Position numbers and translations under genes: made by a program
The notes under the pieces: model-generated
What the model was told of the DNA's origin: nothing
Databases searched by the model: none
The model's input: only the letters and a program-made list of their open reading frames with translations
Part shown: in pieces, positions 33,701 through 39,925 of the stretch
How the letters are laid out: every line of letters starts with the position of its first letter
Numbering within the stretch: the stretch's first letter is position 1
Virus record (IMG/VR): IMGVR_UViG_3300034375_003668
Span: 1 to 39,925 of that record
DNA length: 39,925 bases
Source of the DNA: a virus
Lineage: Duplodnaviria; Caudoviricetes
Strand: one strand, 5' to 3'

Positions 33701-35248
33701 CAATGCTTCTGGATATTTTTTTATTATATCTTCTGTGTTTTGGTAAACATTATCATAATTAGAAATAATATTTTTATACTCTACAAAATCATCAGAGCCA
33801 ATAATATTATTAAAAGAATCTACAGAAACTTTATACTTATCGTATGTAGAAGCTCTTTGTCTATTTAGCGTATTTATTTCATCACGTATATCATTAAATC
33901 TAGGAGAATACTTAGCTGTTACATCTATCTCTAACTTAGCAATATCCGACTTTAGCCTATTATTTATATTATCTAACTCCTCTTGAGTTGTGGCATTATT
34001 AGCCATCTCTTGATAAGAGGAGATTATCTTGTCAGCTTCAGAGTTAAACTCATTTTGCATAGAAGACTTTAAAGATTCTGACGCTGATGTAGAACTTTCT
34101 ATTTTATTTTTTATCTTTTTATCTAAATCAACTAAAGTTTTTTCTGAGTCTTTAATATTTTTTGTCAAATTATCAGACTCATTAATCACTTCTTGAAGAG
34201 TGTATTCTGCACCAGTTTCAGGGTCTATTCTTTTTTTATTTTTAGCTAACTCTAAAGAAGTATTAATTTGTTGATTGTACCAGTTGTTAGCGTCTATTTC
34301 AAAATCAGACTTAGCTTTATCTAATAACTTTTCTTCTTGAGAAACAAAATCAACTTTACCACCCCTTTCACTAACCATTTCTCTAAACTTCTGCTTGTCT
34401 TTAGCTTCTTCCTCTAAAGCAGAGGTCTTTACGTTATACTCTTCTAGTTTCTTAGGATTAGTTTCTTCTAAAAATCTTTTATAAGTAGTTAAAAAAATAT
34501 CATCATCAGAACCTTTTACGGAACCTAAGTCTTCACCAGTCTCTGCATCTTCAATACTTCCTGTTGGTTGATATATTGCAGTCTCTTCAGTTGCGCCTAA
34601 TACATTTGAGTTAAACCAGTTAGCGTCTTTTATTTTTGAAACACCAGGAGTCATCATATCTCTCTGAGCCTCTAGCTCTTTTATTTTTTGGTCCACTGTG
34701 TTATCAGAGTCAAAAGGGAGATTTGTGTCTTGTCTTTTTAAAGATTCTATTTGACCTTGTAAAACATCAAACTGCTCAACACTAGATTCTGGATTAGCTA
34801 TTATGTCTGCTTCAACTGCTTTTTGTGCAGCCTTTACTTTTTCTTTTCTTTCAGCTTCAGACTTTAGAACATTTTTAGCAGCCTGCTCGCCAGTATCATC
34901 ACCTAATAAACTAGCAACACCACCTGCAAAAGTAGCGGTAGTTTCAACAGTCCAATCACTAAATTGTCTCCACAAACTTTTAGAAGCCTCATCTGTTGCG
35001 ATAGATTTGGCTTCTTCAGTAGTCATTTCACTAGACTCTGTAGAAGGGGTTTCTGATTCTAATGGAGCAGATGTATCTGTAGATTCTGGTAAAGACTCCT
35101 CTTTTTTTTTAAAATCTACTTGCTCAGAATAGCTGGGATATTTTTGTAAAATACTTTCTACTAAAGCATTATCCTCAACATTTTCATACTGAGGATATTT
35201 AGATTTAATTTTTTTAGCAAAAGCTTCTGCACTTAATTTATCAGACAT
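24791..35248 (-). CDS. giant polyvalent protein (3485 aa), probably an internal virion protein ejected into the host
   Basis: Zincin-like HEMAH...EEALA and HEQQH...GEQEAR; FRAVHDMAGH; LPD23-like TGWSQGPDGFWRFEVSD; ADP-ribosyltransferase-like YYHGT...FFSPD..FANKY...VMPAYISVQNPFD. Confidence 0.85.
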   Translation of the reverse strand: MSDKLSAEAFAKKIKSKYPQYENVEDNALVESILQKYPSYSEQVDFKKKEESLPESTDTSAPLESETPSTESSEMTTEEAKSIATDEASKSLWRQFSDWTVETTATFAGGVASLLGDDTGEQAAKNVLKSEAERKEKVKAAQKAVEADIIANPESSVEQFDVLQGQIESLKRQDTNLPFDSDNTVDQKIKELEAQRDMMTPGVSKIKDANWFNSNVLGATEETAIYQPTGSIEDAETGEDLGSVKGSDDDIFLTTYKRFLEETNPKKLEEYNVKTSALEEEAKDKQKFREMVSERGGKVDFVSQEEKLLDKAKSDFEIDANNWYNQQINTSLELAKNKKRIDPETGAEYTLQEVINESDNLTKNIKDSEKTLVDLDKKIKNKIESSTSASESLKSSMQNEFNSEADKIISSYQEMANNATTQEELDNINNRLKSDIAKLEIDVTAKYSPRFNDIRDEINTLNRQRASTYDKYKVSVDSFNNIIGSDDFVEYKNIISNYDNVYQNTEDIIKKYPEALKRKQELEDKQIELDITRRERLKGDVGATVKSVLNYVNRKGSQYAESLLTLGRTATAGDDYDVLEKLGDLVEYNLEDNQVQSSSNERALVEKVVPFSDFRLTLDDNGEVVQVRDKDGYKVRNTMTSKKVIADFLSIPEDERPKEVTEVNDDILFTKFVDTSVDMAALIYGGQFATKSLSALSKFNKFNKIAGLTSAGYVFEHNSLYNEAVEQGMSKDDAGKFAMAGAAIIGSLENLSPGDAIFDGAVKKKIAKDYLKILAKGKATRGDVARVIARNVSTEIKKENIQEISQTVADRVVKASANSILGNDYFDVEISKEELLETVILTTLSTGALAGKTQTSSQKISTLESNALYTAAKNKDQGKMFQKLDMMVEDGTIEQDAADSAKESIIEAKDLFSKLPEGKYTPAMESQILELQLLKNKALKEQKSSDAVFGKQYETTVNQIDKEINAIINSKSPRLFFNERVENLNVEKAPKLSQLNQQYISGEITQEQYDAKLKSIVNPSKGVVLDAIQSFGEKIGRKFSKKQALQPISIQKGIAIADAYEAMQSNPNDTEVKQAYDAFKRETKEQFEHFQSLGFKFIPQKEGQAYGTSKEMADDVADNKTLKFSPTENEFETGDASVDHPLLEKTGIVVDGYELSFNDMFRAVHDMAGHAAHGFQFGPLGQTNAYLGHAKTYSPLAQRALFSETMGQNSYNNFGSHLRNEDGKIPKKGEAGFVPLSMRPYAPQKAGLLPVELMTDVEAQRRVLDTPFQDLVLNNLDVELDNILAKIENQEDLTEKDIDDAKKYLDQIFDQVINSNITQQGKNIVAQYLELVENTIDNYENIITTKTVTVVETKVGTYAERGAIKKRVSEYSKQVRPARERLVGRIVQVEGLELPEGSVAVINQDNDGVFIEVVDRESGTRSQRIDLGTNNPNEISIENVEMDEFDRPASVQLKFGDTNMTVVDPTLVMDLAIEKHEEVNPIFEQDIETIQYGIETVTEQEISEKIEKTDEEVRIEEENKTDIEKIEEQIEMSALSKTSLKGKGLQHLVDRLQNAFPNAPIAIINSKQAESILPGTNAGKSKGFAYGGKVYLVADNITMDTPIHEMAHIFNSYAKKYEPELYKKGLELVKGTKYEQDVRNSPNYSNLSEEGILEEALAQAIGEKGALLEQNKREGFQAWLKKLFDIIKNKGIPVNLTLGQYTDFVAGRLTSGETISDITAEELKEIDSDPKLKALFSFVYDNGLDPNNEAVVQSRILESLREAKNYVQEGMDAKLIAKATGWSQGPDGFWRFEVSDADLNFNPKVKSDIIDSFELFFARGNESLLEFSDKISSLFDGNVLAEFYPEIKNINVDFNLFEGSGTSKGAVKTIMPRHIVDAAALLDNESLEISDKDRSELVSMIDDFADGIGLNKITNDISVNPLVSSDKYKAMYLSAIFSQEVAEVRALLKQRDSVKDSDAREDVNKYFEIVAEILDIQDKIKKTHPFLENTFDRLTIVPENKAYAEAELMMMEAEAATVEERKEVFYNNLFEEIKSTFVHEQQHVAQGLASVSKGGNMEMVSIFDAALREYVADDTKTKEEKYKKTFEAYQNLFGEQEARIVQDRMNMTQEQLNEDVIDFGDIKNSIVVSHAQYILAETSREFETDLFSSSEQIISKVMELGVKQAQEKIKPRFSFASETENVITTFYRNTNDGSNIMKDLDFETGEKMPSGVDKVGNLVFFTPSSTAFKGYGGRKFSAKINPKKPFYQKKPKIYSASQIKELQEQGYDAIVTTKPELKHSEKLKDAYEIIPIDKSIITALKEDRKGFDDWFKDSKAVNEEGAPQVYYHGTTRVFDNFDMGRTSQLVGAMFFSPDPEFANKYTEPSAAEKVRGDSVLPNVMPAYISVQNPFDYENPSHLSRLINSLSKMDVELFAISQGIDPSKNSRSNIAIIISNNTRNNWGYLEPFGDKIKSLGYDSMYVGEGGRKNIAIFDPNQAKSVYSKDYSTAKFSKPTQSDIKKVVSNLVEQGFTKGQILEAFSNKGYDLNDISAAFDALMKDSIKNNFVKEQEAPRQNKLVSSNEDVSIWQGITDKLKNAGNYFANLFTPQGQLRKEVYTLIEEKGQNVRSMIADVQFTQRKLNKYLKGIVEGSMTMDNPNYAETIKDIEKALRGEITFGELTNMYGVEVSETVESMRNQIDGLSSQLIESGFTQDEIKLKIEDNLGSYLTRSYAIYDDPAFSGKTGPEIREAFAKDPNKSAILNNAINYLRREQSNQIYERLMDFYEGELTRVNQQYQNGQITKEDYESQRSEIVDILNNKDGKLTESFENELLNVVDSILNKEEVSFLGVAGALSTKDSNVLKKRKEISPELRALMGEYNDPMYNYANTVMKVFSLIEQQKLLKKLKEVGMNDFIYQPNDPNRPGDAVRIAAESNSALAPLNGMYIDPVVLAEIQDVTSPQQRGVLLQKVFDFVSWTRESKTTLSPMTHARNVIGNLGFIMMNGHIGFTSPKAGGNSIRTVMYDLNILDSKMAKLLGAKKVLTDQDRQEVEQQIQKLTALGVIRQNVSVNDIIDLSQNGDFDYYFSKNMDGYQSNENNRLKMMMSKGKKGIDMSRKKAQDLYQAEDDMFKIYAFAMERNRYESALRKKGMTEAEIDDFVAERVKNTYPTYSRVGKGIEYIRRVPFLGDFLSFKYESIRTMKNSILIAKSDMMDPDLRVQGAKRMASTIGYLGLKTAAFKLIGGFASNAFLGLFGGEDEEEKRKILACRKFLPEYDEFGSLNVTKINPDGTFEYTNVGAVDPHSDLEEVLTSIDLLSDPDYGDESLAIAISKSIGNYIGSYLGLSMGTDATLQIRDILSDPALTDDVKVSKLLSEMDVLLPGFVTQIDKVAKSEDKIKTMKSMLTGVRESKSDPRFKIRRELENLSGKISGERSLTYKDRSAEQYRSSINNLNEEVSYVKDLIDSARMLGVPNSEIKKMINSPKILLPKQVRRELYLGSSTGVWFNY

Positions 35249-35259
35249 TCTTTTTTTTA

Positions 35260-36618
35260 TTAAAGGTTTAATCCTAAGGGGTCGTTATTGGTCTCAACCT
35301 CTTCTTCTGTTTGCTGTGGTTTAGCTGTACCCTTAAACAAACCACGCTCTTCCAGTGTGTTGTACAAGAAGTTGTAATGTGTATTGATTTGAGTTTTAGG
35401 TATCTTATCAGTAAATATCATTACATTTCCATCTAAAGCGTTAACAGCTTCTTCAGCCTGTTTTGTAGCTTCCTCTGGACTTATATTATCCAAAATAAGT
35501 TCACTTCTCTTATTCGAAATAAGAGTTTCTTTTTCACTAGTAGTTAATGCTTTTGCATCCTTATAAAAACTCATATATTGATTGCCTTCATTATCAATAA
35601 TAAATGACTGAGGAATTACATCTTTGTAATCTGTTCCGTCTTTATCTCTAAATGTTATCGGCTTTGTTTCTGATGTACCAGTTGAAAAATCAATCTTTCT
35701 TAAATTAGAAACCTGACCACCTTCTGGATTCAATAAGGGTCCTTTGCCTCTTCCAATAGGGGTGAATAAATTTTCATCAGCAAATAAATCCGTAGCTGCT
35801 TGAGAGTCAAGCTCCTCAAAGTCGTAAGCAATCTTTCCAACTCTACCTCCGCTACCAAACTGAAGATTAAAGTCTCCATCACCCTCTCTGGTAAGTTGAT
35901 AATCCTGCTTAATTCTTCCCTTAATATTTTTCTTTATAAAATCTCTAGCTTCTTTCTCTGTATCAAAATCATTTTCATATTCCATTTGATATTGATTGTA
36001 GAATAAATCCACAGCATTATCTAAAGCGTCTTCTTTTATCTTAAAGGTTTTTGTTTTAACACCTTGCTCGTTTTCATATGTTGTTTCTGTATGAAGGTCT
36101 TTAACAGGTACTGCTGCAAGAGCAGCATTTGTGTCTCTTCCTGGCTGAAACGATAAAGCACCCTGGAATCCATCATCATATATAGATGTTTCATGAAGTG
36201 TGTTTGCTCCTTTAACATTAGATGAGTTGTAAAACTCCTCTCTACCCTTAAATATAGTGTCACTCATTGTATTATGAGTAGCTTGAGCTTGCTTAGACAT
36301 AGCAACGTCTTGCAACAACTCATTCTTTTTAACTTGAAATTGTTGAAATATTGCTGGGTTTTTAGAAGGGTTCTTAAGGTCTACCTGATTTTTAGCAGAC
36401 CACTCCATAAACTCATTATACTTTTCAGTAAATCTAGGAACATCAACAGCACGAACTCCTTTGGAGTCAACCGATAAAGATTTAAGAAACTTTTCATCAT
36501 CGGCTTTCGCATCCTTTTCTTTTTTTGCTAAAGCTGATTTATAAGCATTTACAGAGCGGCTAGTATCAAATACTTGTGCTGCACCATAGCCTATTAGGTT
36601 GTCACTCATTTTTGCCAT
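35260..36618 (-). CDS. probable internal virion (ejection) protein
   Basis: Helical, charged 452-aa ORF between the tail gene and the giant protein; podovirus-like synteny. Confidence 0.6.
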   Translation of the reverse strand: MAKMSDNLIGYGAAQVFDTSRSVNAYKSALAKKEKDAKADDEKFLKSLSVDSKGVRAVDVPRFTEKYNEFMEWSAKNQVDLKNPSKNPAIFQQFQVKKNELLQDVAMSKQAQATHNTMSDTIFKGREEFYNSSNVKGANTLHETSIYDDGFQGALSFQPGRDTNAALAAVPVKDLHTETTYENEQGVKTKTFKIKEDALDNAVDLFYNQYQMEYENDFDTEKEARDFIKKNIKGRIKQDYQLTREGDGDFNLQFGSGGRVGKIAYDFEELDSQAATDLFADENLFTPIGRGKGPLLNPEGGQVSNLRKIDFSTGTSETKPITFRDKDGTDYKDVIPQSFIIDNEGNQYMSFYKDAKALTTSEKETLISNKRSELILDNISPEEATKQAEEAVNALDGNVMIFTDKIPKTQINTHYNFLYNTLEERGLFKGTAKPQQTEEEVETNNDPLGLNL

Positions 36619-36626
36619 AACTAATC

Positions 36627-37430
36627 TTATAAACCGTAACTTGTAGTTATCGGAACGTTAACAGCGTTTAGTCCATCAAAAGGACCTGGGGCTGAACTTC
36701 CTGCAAATTGTTGATTAGCCATACTCATTTGATTATTAATAAGGGGATTATCAACAACTGGACCCATCGAGCCTAAATCTGTATTTCTTATAGCTCTCCT
36801 GTTTTGAATATTTTGTATTTGATTTTGTAAGAAGCCACCTACTTGATTTTGTAAGAATCCACCTACAGCAGTCTGTCCAAAAGACTTTGATTCACCTCCT
36901 GAACCACCACCATCTTCAAGCATTTTTGCCTGACCAACAGTTTGAAGACCTCCCATAAAGTTTTGCATACCAGCACCAATTAATGACTGAGCTTCGGCAT
37001 ACTTTTGCTCATATGGTTGCATTTCATTTATCTCAAAAGCTTTATCCCTATACTGAGCCATTGTTTGTCTCATGCTTTGTGCGGTCTGTATATTCTGCAT
37101 TCTTTGCTGAACATCAGCAGAAAGAAGATTCATGTAAGCATCTTGCTGTGTTTGCTGAGCTACAGATACAGCTCCTATACCACCCTTTCTGTCAGAAATA
37201 CCTCTAAGAGCACCTTGTGTGCTTCTTTGAATATTCTGCATGTATTCAGCCTTTTGAGCATCTGGCATACCATAGTATGACATAAGCTCGGCTTCACTCA
37301 TATTCTTCTCTATTTCTGGTGGTATGTGATATTGGGGTCTAGTTAAATTCTTCTTTTGAATAAAACCAGCAACAGCTTGTCCAACACCCATTGCTGCTTG
37401 AACCCCTCCTATTATCATTGGTATTGCCAT
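36627..37430 (-). CDS. probable internal virion (DNA pilot/ejection) protein
   Basis: Gly/Ala hydrophobic N-terminus (MAIPMIIGGVQAAMGVGQAVAG), Gln/Met-rich helices; synteny. Confidence 0.65.
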   Translation of the reverse strand: MAIPMIIGGVQAAMGVGQAVAGFIQKKNLTRPQYHIPPEIEKNMSEAELMSYYGMPDAQKAEYMQNIQRSTQGALRGISDRKGGIGAVSVAQQTQQDAYMNLLSADVQQRMQNIQTAQSMRQTMAQYRDKAFEINEMQPYEQKYAEAQSLIGAGMQNFMGGLQTVGQAKMLEDGGGSGGESKSFGQTAVGGFLQNQVGGFLQNQIQNIQNRRAIRNTDLGSMGPVVDNPLINNQMSMANQQFAGSSAPGPFDGLNAVNVPITTSYGL

Positions 37431-37436
37431 AGTTTA

Positions 37437-37468
37437 CAAAATTAATCTTTTTAGTTTTAAATTACAAA
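37437..37468 (-). promoter_or_regulatory. Bacteroidota-type promoter (TTTG-N20-TAATTTTG)
   Basis: Both elements correctly spaced; ATG only 6 nt downstream, implying a nearly leaderless transcript. Confidence 0.65.
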
Positions 37469-39925
37469 TTATACAACCCCCGACTTTTGACTAGCGGTTA
37501 GCCCAACATTGATAGCATGAAGCCTTAGGTAGGTATTGGTTCTCCATGATGTTCTCATGGTTGCATCTGTAGACCTAATTCTTTCTCCGTTTATCATTCC
37601 AGCTAACTGATTAGTAGAATCAAAAGCACTAAAGCTGTTTATGTCTCCGTATATATTTGAGTAGTAAAAGTTCTCTCTTTCCTTCCAGTAAGAGGTAAAT
37701 ATCTTGCTATACTGTCTATAGTTATTCTGTATCTCAAACAATAACGGGGTCTCGTTACACTCTAAACCTATTGCGTTATACACTTTGTTTAGTGAAGGTT
37801 CTGTGTTGCTAACATTAATTACAGAAGATGTTACAATATTCTTACCATTTGTAGAAGGCTCTGTAGTTGATGTTGATTGTGAATAAAACTCGCCATAATT
37901 TTCTGGATTAAATGATGTATCAAAATCTTCTCTTCTTAACACGTAAAGAAGTCCACCAGAATGGGTTCCTCCTAAAGGACAAGCGTTACTCGCAGAACTC
38001 ATGGTTGGAGAAAAATGAACTACCTCGCTATTTAAATACTCACACATTCCGTGTATATCCATAAAATAAGTCCACCTATTAGCACCCTCGCTAAACACAA
38101 CAGTTCTTTTTGCTAATTCTTTTCTTTTTAAATCAGTAATACTTTGTGCTTGGGTATTTGATGAAAAGGTATTTCTTATTCCAAAATTATCAAAGTAAGC
38201 TCCCTCTCTAGCTTCGTTAAGGAGATTATCTGAGCCATGAGTATGAGATTGCTCAAATATAGTGTAAGCATCAAACCTGTCTAGGCAAAGCATATACTCT
38301 TTATCTTTAGGATTAAAAGAACCATAAATCTTAGTTCTTCTTCTAGCATTATCAGTCAAATCATATCTACTTAGTATTCTGAAAAAATCAGTAAAGTAGT
38401 TTTTCATTTGATACTCAGATATTGGTGTGATACCATTCTGAGAAAGCCTAAGAACTGCGCCTCTTCGTAAGTCAGTAAAATATAATACTTCAGCATACTC
38501 TGCAAAAGATTCTGGATTTGTAGAAATACCATACTCTCCAGCGTAAGGAATAGCTTGAGATATAACAGCACCTTGAGCTGTAAGTATTTGGTCTCCACTA
38601 CCAGTGGTTACAATATCTCTATTTACCTGAGCCCTAGAAACTTTATCCTCTTGAAAAATAATTAATTGATTTTCTCTAGAGTGTAGTTTTTGTATAGACC
38701 CATAAGACTTATCAAACTCTTCGTAAGTATCGTCTGGGAAAATAGAGCTTAAGCCATTTATGTTTGTATTAGCAATTAGTGGGTCGCTATAAAAAACAGT
38801 AGATGGTCTTACCGTTTGTCGGTATTGTGGATTTATAACATTAGTTCTCCCTGAATCCCAGTTCTTAGAAGAGAAATAATCAGAAGCCTGAAAGTCTTCC
38901 ACGTAATCTAATACAGTGCTTCCAAAAGTAGGTCTTAATCTATGATAAACATCACCTCTATCAATAAATAAAATAGCACCAGAGCCAGCCGTGTCTATAG
39001 CTGTTTGATTTGCATTAGTGACTGTTTGATTAGCAGTCCCATCAGAAAGATTTAAGTCAGTATATGACGTAGCTTCAGAAACATTATGATAGTATTCTGA
39101 GTCACCACTATCAAACACAATAGGATGTCTTTCTCCTATTTCGTAATAAAAAACATCATCATCATCAACATCTTTCCTTGGTCTAAAAACTTCTACCAAA
39201 GCATCTTCAAAAAATTCAGCCGTACCTGGACCAATAAGAGAAATTTTATTATCTATAATAAATCTATAATTACTTGAACCTCCAGGCTCTACACTAAGTA
39301 TTTTAAAATTAGCAGATGAACTTAAAAGTGTTCCGTCATGCTCAATAAACAAAACTCTATCACCTTCCGCAAAATCATACTCTTTAGAGGTCTGACCACC
39401 TTCCGAAAAAGTATCTGATATAGTAGTAACATCCATAACAAATTTGCTTCCAGTGTCTTCAACCTTTAAAATTCTATATCTCCAAGAATCCTCAACATTT
39501 CTATTTCCACTATAAACTAATTGCCATCCTGTAGCCCAAGATGGAGGTGAGTGTTTTATTTCAAACTTAAGATGAGCCGCATGAAAAGTGATGTTTGTTG
39601 CTCTGTCTGCATTTGCTGGTATAAACTTATCTTCATGTATAGGGCAAACAGCACTACTTCTATTTGCATCATCATAATAAACTATACCAAAGCTATGATA
39701 GGTATTTGACTTAAATCCCATAGGACCTGTGTTCTGACTAGGAAGAGCAAATGTTTCCAGACCAAGTTGTAATAGTTGCTTTCCATTATTATAAAGATAA
39801 CCACTGTTACCACCCAGGTCATTCCAACAGTTTCCTAAAATGGTTTGGGTTTCGTTAAAAACGTGACCACTCTGTCTATTCCAAATAGTTTCCTGCCCCT
39901 GTGCATACCCAGGTATAGTGGTTGG
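37469..39925 (-). CDS. tail stabilisation / tail tubular protein (5' partial)
   Basis: Frame stays open from 39721 to the window end; motifs FGIVYYD..NRSS, INGLS, YGSIQKL, GEYGISTNPESFA, YFTD.RRGAVLRLS.NGITPIS recall short-tailed Bacteroidota phage tail proteins. Confidence 0.8.
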   Translation of the reverse strand, partial: PTTIPGYAQGQETIWNRQSGHVFNETQTILGNCWNDLGGNSGYLYNNGKQLLQLGLETFALPSQNTGPMGFKSNTYHSFGIVYYDDANRSSAVCPIHEDKFIPANADRATNITFHAAHLKFEIKHSPPSWATGWQLVYSGNRNVEDSWRYRILKVEDTGSKFVMDVTTISDTFSEGGQTSKEYDFAEGDRVLFIEHDGTLLSSSANFKILSVEPGGSSNYRFIIDNKISLIGPGTAEFFEDALVEVFRPRKDVDDDDVFYYEIGERHPIVFDSGDSEYYHNVSEATSYTDLNLSDGTANQTVTNANQTAIDTAGSGAILFIDRGDVYHRLRPTFGSTVLDYVEDFQASDYFSSKNWDSGRTNVINPQYRQTVRPSTVFYSDPLIANTNINGLSSIFPDDTYEEFDKSYGSIQKLHSRENQLIIFQEDKVSRAQVNRDIVTTGSGDQILTAQGAVISQAIPYAGEYGISTNPESFAEYAEVLYFTDLRRGAVLRLSQNGITPISEYQMKNYFTDFFRILSRYDLTDNARRRTKIYGSFNPKDKEYMLCLDRFDAYTIFEQSHTHGSDNLLNEAREGAYFDNFGIRNTFSSNTQAQSITDLKRKELAKRTVVFSEGANRWTYFMDIHGMCEYLNSEVVHFSPTMSSASNACPLGGTHSGGLLYVLRREDFDTSFNPENYGEFYSQSTSTTEPSTNGKNIVTSSVINVSNTEPSLNKVYNAIGLECNETPLLFEIQNNYRQYSKIFTSYWKERENFYYSNIYGDINSFSAFDSTNQLAGMINGERIRSTDATMRTSWRTNTYLRLHAINVGLTASQKSGVV

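Noticed and set aside
24791-35248. Virion RNA polymerase or tape measure protein
   Set aside because: No DxDxD or T7-like polymerase motifs were recognised; the enzymatic motifs and podovirus-like synteny argue against a tape measure.
5588-38598. Shadow ORFs overlapping real genes (e.g. 5588..6037, 6820..7014, 6830..7048, 7890..8204, 12591..12875, 13210..13500, 16144..16395, 16865..17161, 17771..18040, 18547..18777, and the + strand ORFs within 24791..37430)
   Set aside because: Antisense or off-frame to better-supported genes, with no recognisable motifs.
1-39925. Stop-codon reassignment as in some crAss-like phages
   Set aside because: The standard code gives dense, uninterrupted ORFs including a 3485-aa gene, and TAG/TGA serve as normal stops.

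Overview
This window is a fragment of a tailed dsDNA bacteriophage genome, very probably infecting Bacteroidota (Flavobacteriia-like). Host evidence: TTTG-N19/20-TAnnTTTG promoters, A-rich translation starts without Shine-Dalgarno sites, signal peptides cleaved before Gln, and a T9SS C-terminal domain. Layout: (i) 1-~400, the start of a leftward gene block; (ii) ~400-1520, a non-coding region with alternating purine/pyrimidine DNA, tandem promoters and a structured leader; (iii) 1526-6641, small rightward early genes; (iv) 6907-15219, recombination/replication genes (ERF, RecE-like exonuclease, DnaA-domain-IV HTH, SSB, initiator, DnaB-like helicase, nucleases, metallophosphoesterase, PhoH); (v) 15221-39925, a leftward late block with very basic micro-proteins, a holin and DUF5675 endolysin, an exported-protein module including a T9SS cargo, a 3485-aa polyvalent protein, probable ejected proteins and a tail stabilisation protein. 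The most notable signals are absent from the ORF track: a complete type I hammerhead ribozyme (1962-2027); two tRNA-like elements; an 11-copy palindrome GTCGGA-N3/4-TCCGAC confined to 1003-10140 with a density gradient, some copies inside genes; and a second repeat family built from GCATATGC/TGCT..AGCA units at three distant sites. All protein calls come from motif recognition by eye; no database searches were run.
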